A DNA stretch of 64,000 bases from the human T2T-CHM13v2.0 reference genome, Homo sapiens. This document shows, piece by piece, positions 26,160 through 38,428 of the stretch. Each line of letters starts with the position of its first letter. Positions within the stretch are counted from its first letter, which is position 1. Under the pieces are notes generated by a model, which was given only the letters and a program-made list of their open reading frames with translations, made no database searches and had not been told where the DNA came from. Location: assembly GCF_009914755.1 (NCBI RefSeq), contig NC_060931.1; one strand, 5' to 3'. A program made the translations under genes and the position numbers.

Positions 26160-26292
26160 CCACTCTCCCTTCCTTGCTTCTTTCTGTCCTTTCTCCTTTT
26201 CACTTTTTCTCTTCCTTCCTTTCTTTTCTCTTCCGTCTCCTCTTCCTCTCCTGCCTATTTCTCTCCCTCTCTCCTTAATTTTCCTCTTTTAT
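26160..26292. repeat. CT-rich low-complexity polypyrimidine tract
   Basis: About 130 bp composed almost entirely of C and T. Confidence 0.8.
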
Positions 26293-27133
26293 CTAACAAA
26301 CAAGCTAGGTCACTTCACTTTTTCCTACCAATATAATGTTTTTAGAAATAGATCTTCAGAGCTTTTTGGATTTTAAAGTTGTAATTAAAGAATGGTAACT
26401 TACCATGTTAGAGTAGTTAAGAAATAATGAGTTGAAAATTTCACTTGGATTGGAGACCAAATATTAAGACAGGAATTTATCAAAAGAAAGTTACGGATTA
26501 AAGATAAGATTTTCTAACAGTTTTTTGTTTAGTATAAAGCTCTTTACATTCTGTTTCACAAAGATAACTACTCAAGCAAGTGAACCCAATTTTCTCATCA
26601 TCTAGAATAAACCACAGACTGAACAAACACCTCATTCAGTGCTATTCAAAAAGTCAAATATGAACTGAACATTCCCCCATGAAGCCCCTGCTTGGGAATA
26701 AAGATAATGTTACCTGATCAGGTCGACCCCAAATCCTCTAATTTAATAGTCTGTGACAGATCTCCTTATTTTCTCTCAGGATGCACTTTGTCATTATTTC
26801 ATGTATTCTTTTACATCAATCTGGATGACTGCTGGACATTCCCTGTCACTTTTCTCCAGGCTTTTAACCTTATGTCCCTCTACCGTCCCCTGCAGCATGC
26901 CACCCTTTCAGGGCTCCATGGAAGCCAGCAGCCACCTTGTCGTTGCCAATCCACTTCTTGGGGTCATGGTTCATAGCACTGTGATTTATTCCATTGTTTG
27001 AGGTTACCAGCATTGCCTCACATCAATAGTATACCACCCTTTCACTTCATTTTTTTTGTGAATATTCTACAAAAGAATTGCTTGGGCCCATTATTTTTTA
27101 AAAATATACATTATTTTTGCATTTTAATATTTT

Positions 27134-27474
<341 letters not shown>

Positions 27475-28783
27475 AATATTTTGTTTTTAACATAAATATT
27501 TTTTTTTCAAAGAGTGACAAAGTATGTATCCATACTGAAACTGAAAATATTTTCTATTCTGTATCTCAGACAGTTGCCATGTGCAGCGGCAAATCAGACA
27601 GGATTCCTTTTTTTTCACATGGAGATTTTCCAAAGAGATTTGTATTGTTATCCCATTTTCCTCATCCCTCAATGGCCCTATCTTAAATTTTGCTTTTCAG
27701 TGCCTCCCATCCCTACGTACACACTAAGCATTTTTATACCTGCCTGAAACTTGAGTTTATTTTCAGGAAGATCCAACCATTTCTATAAATTATTGTATTT
27801 GAATCCACTTCTCAAGCATATCATAGCCTCAATTTTGACATAATAGTGACTTTCCCTATTTATTCAGTCATATCCAATAGAAGGAAGGAACTTGAGGGTT
27901 CATAGGTGGAGAGTTTAGAATTACTCGGTGAGTTTTTCTCATTTTACTCTTTGCCCTGGAGAATTGGCTACAATTCTAAGTAAGGCACCTTGTCTCTGTA
28001 TTCCACCCCATGAATAATTATTCTCTTGATGAGTGACTGCTATCAATGCAGGTGTGTTCTGTTGAGGTTTTTAAAAGATTGAAAAGCAGTTAATTAACTG
28101 TAGAATGATGTCTATACATTATTTTCTTTGTCAAAAATTATGAACTCTTAGCTTATAACTTAAATAACACAGTTTTCACCAGTAATATTATCTATATTAT
28201 CCTAGCAAAATATATTGTGCTTTGCATTTATAACTTCATTTTGATGTTGAGTCAGTACCAGCAATTATAAAAATTATTTTGAGAGTTTGGGTAGGGTCAA
28301 ATTTTAGTCACAAGTGATTTATTTTTTCTTGTGTTATCATAAATATGTTAGGATTTTGCCTGCTACTAAAAGGAAACAGATGTCAAAAATTCCTACTTGT
28401 CTTTTAAGCTAGTGGTATACCCAATGTATGATGAAAAATGTATTTATGTGTATATGTCATCACATACACACTTGTTACTTCCAAAGTTTAATATAAAAAC
28501 CTTTAAAATTATCTAACTGGTGTAACTCATTCCATAGAAGTATTTTTTTGTGCAAAAATCGATACTTATAGATGTTTAAATATGGCTAATACAACATAAT
28601 TCTTCAGAGTGAATAGTTTAATAATAACTATTCTTTACCTTCAGTTTACACAAAGAATACTGTATTTTAAAGGATGATAAGATTGTGGCTCTGGGGACAC
28701 TTGTTCCATATTTTGTTAAAATTATGAAATGAGTTTAAGACACTGAAATATTTGTATTATTAAAGATCAATTGTTTTATTTTA

Positions 28784-29188
<405 letters not shown>

Positions 29189-29623
29189 TTACAAAATTCC
29201 ATAGGCAATAGCAAATGAACGTACACAAAATTTGAGTTGACCTTGTCTAATACACTGCAGGTATTAGGTTATTTAAAATATTACAGCAAATTTAAATTGT
29301 TCCATTTCAAGAATGGAATAGACACATCACTTAGTGTTGCACTTTTAGAAAATCATAACAAGCTTTAAAAGATACAATACCAAATTTAATGTCTCAAATA
29401 TCAAAATGAATTTATCTAGAATTATTTTTATTTTAAATTTTTTTTCACAACAGTCACAATAAAAAACAGTTTTATGTAATACATTTCCAATTAAATGATT
29501 GGTAATCTATTGATTATGAATCTATTAATGTTGCAATATTTTGTGTGACAGTATGTATTTTCAAGAAAATGTATAAACAGTTTGAAGCCTGAAGCACTGG
29601 AGTAGTTTAATTTTTAGAAATGG

Positions 29624-30580
29624 ATTCACTCATTTTCTGAATAAGTATTTTTTAATTTCTAATTTTGTTCCAGGTAGGATTCTAGAGGCTGAGCACACTA
29701 TGGTAAATGAAACAGATATGAGTTCCTGTCCATATAGAACATATGTTCTCTTTGGAAATAGAGAAAATCACCAACCAAAGAGATAAATGATAATTACAAG
29801 CTGTAACATAGGCAAGGAAGGAAATAAACAGGGCGATGAGATACATTTTAACCAGAGGCTATATTTTAAAAAGTACATTTGTGTTACAATCTGAAAGATA
29901 AAGAATCAGCAAGTCATGCACAGATATGAGAGAAGAGCATCCCATGCTTAAAGGACAATAAACTTGAAGACTGGAAAGTGGTAAAAGGATCCACATGTTT
30001 AAAGACCCAAAGGAGGTCAGTGTGGCTGAAACAGTGTGTGCAAACAGAGGTGAAATGGAATGTGCTGACAATGCAGAGACCAGAGGCAGTTCATGCAGTT
30101 TTGGTAACAAGTTCAAGTGCAATGGAAAGTCACTGAAGTCTGTGGGAAGTAGGGAGTGGGTTGTCATAAACTTATTGAATTTTTTAAAAGATTTCTGTGG
30201 ATGATGAATACAGAATGAACTGGGAGACCTGGGCGTGGAGTATGATCCAAGCTGTGGTCACAGTAGAGACAGGGCAATGTAGGCAGTAATGATAAATTCT
30301 TTGGGAAAGGAACGAGTAAAAGGACTTGATTATAGATGAGATTTGGAGGAAAAGAAAATATGTTTCTTATGTTTTGGCCTTGAGCAACTGAAGAAGACAA
30401 AATGTGAAAGGAATACTAAGAACTCAGTATTAGACATACTTAATTTGCAATTTCCGTTGTAATCCAAAAGAAGATGTCTAAGTAGTTTTATATAGAAATC
30501 TGGAAGTGAGGTGAGAGGGGTAAGCTGAAGATATACAATTGAAAATATTCTGGAGATTAATTTAATAATCTAAAAACTAC
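29624..30580 (-). mobile_element. L2 LINE 3' fragment
   Basis: cattcactcatt-type 3' end, then typical L2 antisense phrasing (ggccagtgtggctg-like, ttggccttgagcaactg). Diverged. Confidence 0.7.
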
Positions 30581-33150
30581 TTAGACTTTTTAATGCCACA
30601 TTCATTTGCCACATATAATTATTCATTCAAAAGGCACATATTCTCAGCTTACTATGACATAGGCAAAACATTCCCGCCTTCATGGATATTACATGGAAAT
30701 CAATTTATCTTTTTTATCCAGATTAATTTAAATAACATATTTTGTTTTTATTTAAAAAGAAATAATTATGTGAAAAGAGAAAAACTTACTTAGACTTTCA
30801 AAGAATTTGACAGATCTCCATATTAAAACTATTTTAAACAGAATCAGAAAGGAATGGAGGGCAATGGCCAAAATCAAAGCAACAGTAGCCACAGAGCAGT
30901 GTCAAAGTGAACACTCTGAGGCCTGCAGTTCATAATAGTACTATTTGTCAGAGTTTTATTTAGAAGTCTTATAAATGATGCATAAGAAAATGTGAAAAAT
31001 GAAACCTCAATGCTGTTAAATGTTCTTAAATGTAGTTCAGAAAGATATGTTACACAGGATCTTTCAAAGCTCTTGTATGTGAGATTAAGGGAGACAGCAA
31101 CTTGGTAAATGAGCTTTTGGGTAGATGACGACAGAAACAGTGCAATTGGGGGGAAGGACACATTATATACTTATAAAGTAATGGCTTTGACTTCTCAGCT
31201 ACGTCGTCTATGTCACACCAGGTGGTTGATGCAAATAGGAAAGGTTAAAATTCACGATGAGACTTAGCAAGTCAAAGTGTGAAAATAACAAATAAGAAAC
31301 ATTCAAGGGAACAGTAGGTATCTAGGATGTACTGAGAAACCAGAGCCCAATAAGGGGCAACAGATAAAATCAAGGTAAATAGTTAAGATTTAGCCATTTT
31401 CAAATGCAATGAGCAGCCTCATTCCCCGCTTTTACTAATGTCTAAGCTTTGCCACTGAACACACTTTAACTTTCTTAAGTTTTATTTGAGTCCTAGACTT
31501 TAAAATTAATACTACTTATAGCCAAGGATAATTAAGGAGTCAGAAGCTCAGTGACATAACATCATGCTGAGGTCTGCTGTTCCTTCCATAATGCAAAGCC
31601 CAGTTTGAGCACTTAGGTTCTCACTGTCTTGCATGAGAATACAAGCTCATTTTGAGACTTGCTTCAAGAAATTTAGCCTCAGTCTTGAAACTCTCATGAG
31701 TACTTGAATTTTATATAGAACCACAGCCTGCATTGTTTTCTTTAGAGGTGGGAAATTGCATTCAAACCTAATCTATGTATGACTTGTTTATGGTTACCAA
31801 CTACAAAGTAGGATGGCCATACCATATACATCCAGTAAAACTTGAATCCAGGCAATCAATTTTATTTTTGTAGTGTATGTCCCAAATGTTGCAACCCAAG
31901 TGTTGTTTATACTAAAGATTATTTGTTCTTTGTCAGAAAGGCAAGTTTAAGTGAGAATTCTGTATTTTTATTTGCTGCATCTAGCATCTCTATCATCAGG
32001 CCTTCCCGCCACCAACTGCCAGCTTAGTCCTCAGCTTATTATCTGGAGCTCAATTACTGTGCCAGTTAGTGTCAGCCAACTTCCCCTGAATGTTGTCATC
32101 AGCATCATTGTACCATATCTCTAGCAGCTTCTCCTGGGATCATCTTTGTTTACCTATTTTACCACATTTCTGGTCTAAAAATCTAGTTAAAAATCAAACA
32201 TTATATCAAAAGTGCTTTGGATTATAGTGGTAGGTGGCTATGATGGTCTTTCCAGCATGGGCAATTGGTGATAAACCTCCCAAATAAAAAATGAGGTTGT
32301 TTAAACAATTCATCTTAAAGACAGATTATGATCAAGGAAAGGTCAATAGAATCACTATAACTTATTATCTGAAGACACGAATTTGGTTTAATTCTGCCTT
32401 TATGCCTCACTTCTCCTGGCTCAATGTCACTGGGGTGAGAGGCATTGTATTGTAATCTAATAAAGTTATTTGGCATAACAAAAACAGGATTATTGCGTTG
32501 ATATTTGGTTACAGTACCTCAGTAAAAATATAATAGAACTAAAGGAAGTTTCAGATTAAAGAAACCAAAACACTTTTTCCCTGAGTAGGACATCTGAGAA
32601 CAGGTTTAAATATATCACATACCTTCCAGGAATGACTTCCAAAGACACACAACTCCATCAGACTACCATCAGAGCCAGTCCCACCGCTACTATCAGAAAG
32701 CTACCACATCCAGAATCACAACCTCATTACCAGAATCAGGAACCCCACACATTCAGGCATGTTTCATAATAGGGAAGCTGTACTTGCTACTGCTGCCACT
32801 GATATAACTATACCTCACTTATAAATTGCACTGGCCAAATGGATGCCTCGGGCGCTGCCTCTTAACCACCCCAACACCTGAGACTGGATACTGAAGCTGC
32901 TGCTTACTTACTTCAGAAAACTGCTAATCTCCGTATCTGTACTTACCCATAGAAATGCAGTTGCATCAAAAGTTTAGTATCTGCTCATACCTACCTTCCA
33001 AATATCATGTAAAATCTATTTCCTGAAACTAAACACCTTCCGGAACCTCATTTCCAACGTGGTCTCAGAAGCACAGCATAAATACCTAATTGCCAATACC
33101 TAAATGTAAGAAGTACTAGGTATATTTATTGGCTATATTTATTGGGTGCC

Positions 33151-33431
33151 AATATACCATATACTATGTATATGGTATAATACATACCATATACTATGTA
33201 TATGGTATAATACATACCATATACTATGTATATGGTATAATACATACCATATACTATGTATATGGTATAATACATACCATATACTATGTATATGGTATAA
33301 TACATACCATATACTATGTATATGGTATAATACATACCATATACTATGTATATGGTATAATACATACCATATACTATGTATATGGTATAATACATACCAT
33401 ATACTATGTATATGGTATAATACATACCATA
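33151..33431. repeat. 30-bp minisatellite, ~9.3 copies, palindromic unit
   Basis: Eight identical copies of tacataccatatactatgtatatggtataa (33181-33420), plus one variant first copy and a partial last copy. Confidence 0.98.
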
Positions 33432-33719
33432 ATATTTTATAAAAACCTAAAATCCTATGTTTATATCAAATACAACAGCCACCTGATTGTAAAATGCTGA
33501 TATTAAATAAAATGATCTTAAGTAATGTAAATTGTAAGAGTAATTTTGTTAATTTGATGTGACAAATGTCAAAAGATGCCTATTGGAAATCTGAAGCTGC
33601 AAGAACTGCATAGACACAGTCACGGGTAAAGGACACAGTTTATTAACAGAAACAAGATGTTTTAGGTTTTGTGATCATAACCTTTTGAGATTAATGTCCA
33701 GCACAGCATATCTCTACTT

Positions 33720-33860
33720 TTGCTGCCCAGTATACTCACCTAAGGAACTCTGGAAACAATACTGATGTCCAAACTACTTCCTAGGCCAATCCAATCAGAA
33801 TTTCTGGATGCCCAAAGATTCCAGGGTGAATCTAATCTGCATTCAGTTTGAGCATCAGTA
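33720..33860. mobile_element. MER5A-like hAT-Charlie relic
   Basis: aatactgatg...ccaatcagaatttctgg...ccagggtgaatctaat...tttgag pattern. Degraded. Confidence 0.5.
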
Positions 33861-34360
33861 GTTTCGCATGAAAATCAGTTGCTCTGAAAACACAACTTTG
33901 TTCAATACAAATTTGAGAAATGTTGAACCCATGGGTCTGACCTAGAATACCATTTATTATAATTATTAAAAATGGATTCTACATAGAATCTTTATGATAA
34001 TTTTAGGCACATTTCACTAGGAAAGGTTTAACTGTGATTTATATCACACGGAAAATTTGACTTAGACATTTCCAAATTCATTTGGAAGGAGAAAAAAAAT
34101 CATCTGATTATCTAATAGTAACAAATAATATTTTTTTAAATGTAAGAAAAGGACAAATAAGATTATAAATGGGAGGTTATAATCACAAACTAGGCTTGGC
34201 TTGGAATTAATTTCAGAGATTAAAATTCTTATTTTGCATGGATTAATTTATGCATTTTTGACAAAAGTTATTGCACTTTGTGAGAAACTTTTCTTAAAAT
34301 AATAACCTTGGAAGTTTAAGAAAAGTATTTATATATTATTAATAGAATATAATCTGTTAA

Positions 34361-34540
34361 AAATGGGAGGGGCAGGGGTTGAAAAACTACCTGTTGAATA
34401 CTGTGCTACCTATCTGGGTAATGGGTTCAATTGCACTCCAGACCTCAGCATCACACAATGTACCCATATAACAAACCTGCACACATACATTCTGAATCTA
34501 AAATAAAAGTTGAAAAAGTTGAAAAAGAAAAAGAAAAATA
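34361..34540 (+). mobile_element. Old L1PA/L1PB extreme 3' end
   Basis: ggttgaaaaactacctgttg...cctcagcatcacacaatgtacccat...acaaacctgcac...tctaaaataaaagttgaaaaa. Confidence 0.85.
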
Positions 34541-36905
34541 GGCTGTATCTAAATACTAAAGCTATATATTCCCTGTTATATTTTAGTTATTGTATATTAA
34601 ATATAAATATATATTCCAGAATTCATTATGATCCAATACCTACGGAAATTATTAACATTTTAGGAAAACTGTATATGAATTCTTCTAAAAATCTCAGGAT
34701 CTAGAAAAGTGTATTGCATGCTATAAACACTTAATAAATTATTTTTTTAGTAGATTCATACTGGAATTATCCAGCAAGGGAAAAGATAATCACTACCAAG
34801 TGAGAAAAAGCACATTATTCATCCTCATGAAATTCTCTTTACATAAACCAAAGGGTATTTCTGCACAGTATTAAGTACTTTTCTAGGGTGGAGTTGCATT
34901 CCTTTTTTTTTCAGCATTCCTTCATAGTTTATGAAATGTCCCACTTGGATTTTATAGATACTTATCTTACAATTATTTTATTTAATAAAGCTTTCAAAAC
35001 TTACAAGTAAAAAGGCAAAAAGAGGAAAGATTAAAATTGTAAAATTAAGAGAATGGTACACTGCCAACAGGCAAAAAGAAGAAATATTAATGTAAAGGAT
35101 TTAAATAATCCCTTCTGAGATTTATAATTTTAAAGAAAGCAATTGAAAGTAATCCCCACTTCTCATGTTTTAAGATCTGGCTTATTAATGTTTTCAGCCA
35201 TTTTTATATCTACTAGCCTGAAATTTTTAACAGCCTGATTTAAAAAGTACCTACATTGCAACACAGCTTGACTATTCAACCGTACCTTGTAATTGAAAAA
35301 ACAATTATTAAGCTTTCATATTCACAAATAAGTCTCTCTGGGATTTGATAATTTATCAGTTTATGTTGCTGTGTTGTAATACCCATTGGAAAATATTTAT
35401 AATATTTAGATATTTGGACCATTCTGATGACATTTTTCCCTCCTTAGACTACTTTACATAAGCAGAAAAGCTGACACAGATTAAATTTCTCTGAAAGATA
35501 CCAGGGATTGGGTTGCGTAATATTCATCCAACAGCCATCCAGCATGCCTTCCAAAATGGCAATCTCTGAAAAACTAAAAAGTTTAGGAGACTCCTTTGCA
35601 GCCGGAGTGCTAGAGCCCTCCAGGCAGAAAAACTCTGGTAGAGAATTAGGAGAAAAGGAAACAATTTGAGGCTGCAGGAGAGGATAGGTACATTGCGTAA
35701 ACACATAAGAGTAGGCATGTTCTTCTGAGACAGCCCTGGCAGGGATTCTAGCATCTGGTTCCTGTTGTTGTAGGTGCCAAGTGGCATGAGCCAGATCCCA
35801 CAGGGTTTCCACCAGAAGAATCTTGTGGATGAGTGTTTCCTTTGGCTGCCTTCTGGGCAGTATCTAGCCACCCCACCCACCTCCAACTCCTCCAAGGATT
35901 CTATAAGCCACAAAATATCCTCTAGAAAATCTCTTCCTGCTTAAAATAGAATGAATTATGTTGAGTTCATCTCAAAACCCTAACCAAAGAGTCCACTAAA
36001 GATTGTTGGGCAACCAGTCCTACTTAAATACTTTAGGAACTTGGGAAGATGCTTCAGCAATACATGCCAGTAGAATTGCTCGGAAGTATGGTCTAGGTTG
36101 AGTTACATTATGACTAGAGCTGTTGCCAGCAGAAACTTTTCCTATCAACTCCAATGTCTTATAGGAATATCCGTCTTTATGTGTCCTCACCCAATAAATG
36201 CTGCTTTAACTGTAGATTCAGCCTTAACTAAATATAGGCAGGTAATGCTTATCAAAAGCATTTTACCTGAAAAACCAGCAGGATTTGAAGTAACTGCTTT
36301 CATATCTAGTCAGTCAAATGGTGGGATCACTCACAGAGTTATTCAATTATTAAATGCAGTGCCAATCACAGACCAAACTCCTGATTCTAATTTGATTTAA
36401 CTCAATAAACGGCATAGGTGCCTCGACGAAGAATCCCATTCCTTTAAGAACTGGTTTCTCTAAGCTAGTGCCTACTTGCAGTGATTATTCTTTTCTCTGT
36501 TTGGTCACCAAGACACTTTTTCACAAAAGTGGAAGTCTGTATATTTTATGTTATAAACCGGAGGGTACAACATTTTTAAACAACATGTACATAATGTTCT
36601 TTACATAAAGAACAGTATATATAACTGTTACTTCAGTGGAAAAGATGTGATTAGCCCTTATCTACAAATATGATCTAAAATGACTGGCAAGTTTTTTTGC
36701 ATATAAAATATAATCATGTTTTCCATGAATGTCCATCCACTCTTGATAAGAGGCATAATTATGCCAGGTTAGCTTTCTATGCTTGATGGTACTCTTTCTC
36801 TTCCTGGATCAGATTTCCATAAAGAGTAAAATTCCCGTTTTCTTAGTAGACAAATAATCTGCCAAGCCAACCTGATCTATTAGAGCTATAACCAGGTTAT
36901 TTTTG

Positions 36906-37469
36906 TGTGTTGGTTAATATTAAGTGTCAACTTGATTGGATTGAAGGACGCAAAGTATTGTTTCTGCGTATATCTGGGTGTTGGCAGAAAAGATTAACAT
37001 TTGTGTCAGTGGACTTGGAGAGGAAGACCCATCCTCAGGAAGACCCACCCACAACGTGGGTGGCCACCGTCCAATTGGCTGCCATCATGGCTAGATAAAG
37101 CAGGCAGAAGAAGGTGGAAGAAGCTGACTTGCTGAGTCTTCTGGTCACCTTTCTCCCGTGCCGGATAATTCCTGCTGTCAAATATCAGACTCCAAGTTCT
37201 TTAGCTTTTATACTCTTGGACTTACACCAGTGGTTTGCCAGGGGCTCTCGGGCCTTTGGCCACAGCCTGAAGCCTGCACTGCTGGCTTCCCTACTTTTGA
37301 GGTTTTGGGATTCGGACTGAGCCACTACTGGCTTCCTTGCTCCTCAATTTGCAGATGGCCTATCATGCGACTTTACCTTCTGATCGTGTGAGTCAATTCT
37401 CCTTAATAAACTCCCTTTCATATACACGTGTATCATATTAGTTCTGTCCCTCTAGAGAATCCTAATACA
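36906..37469 (+). mobile_element. MLT2A-like solo LTR (HERV-L)
   Basis: tgtgttggttaatattaagtgtcaacttgattggattgaagg...aataaactccc...gttctgtccctctagagaa...aataca. Confidence 0.9.
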
Positions 37470-37844
37470 ACTTGCTAGTAGCAGTAAAGAAGAAATAGAA
37501 GAGCTTGTCTTTGAACAAGATTTTTTTTATCACTGCAAAGTTAGAGGGATGCTAAAAGTATCTGAAAATTACATCAGCATACATCTGCAGGGAGTCTAAA
37601 GGATATAGAGACTAGTGGCATACCACAGTTTCCTTCTCCCACCTTTGCCCTAGGCACCATCCCAATACATATAACCTTCCTCACATCTATAGCTAACATA
37701 TAATAGTAAGGCAGCTCTTTTTTTCAAATTTTTATCTTTATTATTCTAGTTTTCTCAAAAAAATTGAAGCGAACCAAATATTTGAATGTTGCACATTGAT
37801 TCTGATGACTCCTTGGCGTGTACTGTCCCAAATCTGACACCTTA

Positions 37845-38428
37845 TGTGATGGTTAATAATAGGTGCCAACTTGATTGAATTGAAAGATACCTACATAGCT
37901 GGTAAAGTATTGTTTCTGGGTGTGTCTGTGAGGGTGTTGCCAAAGGAGATTGACATTTGAGTCGGTGGACTGGGAAAAGAAGACCCACCCTCAATATGGG
38001 TGAGCACCATCCAATCGGCTGCCGGCGTGGCTAGAACAAAGCAGGCAGAAGAAGGTAGGATAAGTTGGCTTGCTGAGTCTTCTGGCTTTCACCTTTCTCT
38101 GGTGCTGGATGCTTCCTTCCATTCTTCCTGACCCTGGACATCAGACTCCAGGTTCTTTGATCTTTGCACTCTTGTACTTGCACCGGTGGTTTGCAGGGGG
38201 CTCTCGGGCCTTTGGCCACAGACTGAAGGCTGCACTGTTGGCTTCCCTGCTGTTGAGACTTCTGGACTTGGACTGAGCCACTACTGGCTTCTTTCTTCCT
38301 CTGCTTGCAGACGGCCTATTGTGGGACTTCACTTTGTGATCGTGTGAGCCAATTATCCCTAATAATGCCTTTTCATATATACATATATCTGATTAGTTCT
38401 GTCCCTCTGGAGAACCTTGACTAATGCA
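37845..38428 (+). mobile_element. MLT2B-like solo LTR (HERV-L)
   Basis: tgtgatggttaata...agctggtaaagtattgtttctgggtgtgtctgtgagggtg...gttctgtccctctggagaaccttgactaatgca. Near-TSD cctta/tctta. Confidence 0.9.

Noticed and set aside
33126-33500. Repetitive ORFs of 98-123 aa, and a CRISPR-like appearance of the 30-bp palindromic repeat
   Set aside because: The ORFs result from a stop-free unit whose length is a multiple of 3. The units are head-to-tail with no unique spacers and there are no cas genes; this is a human minisatellite.
35444-36400. ORFs of 100-129 aa
   Set aside because: No recognisable domain, non-ATG starts, and partial overlap with a probable old MaLR LTR. Consistent with chance.
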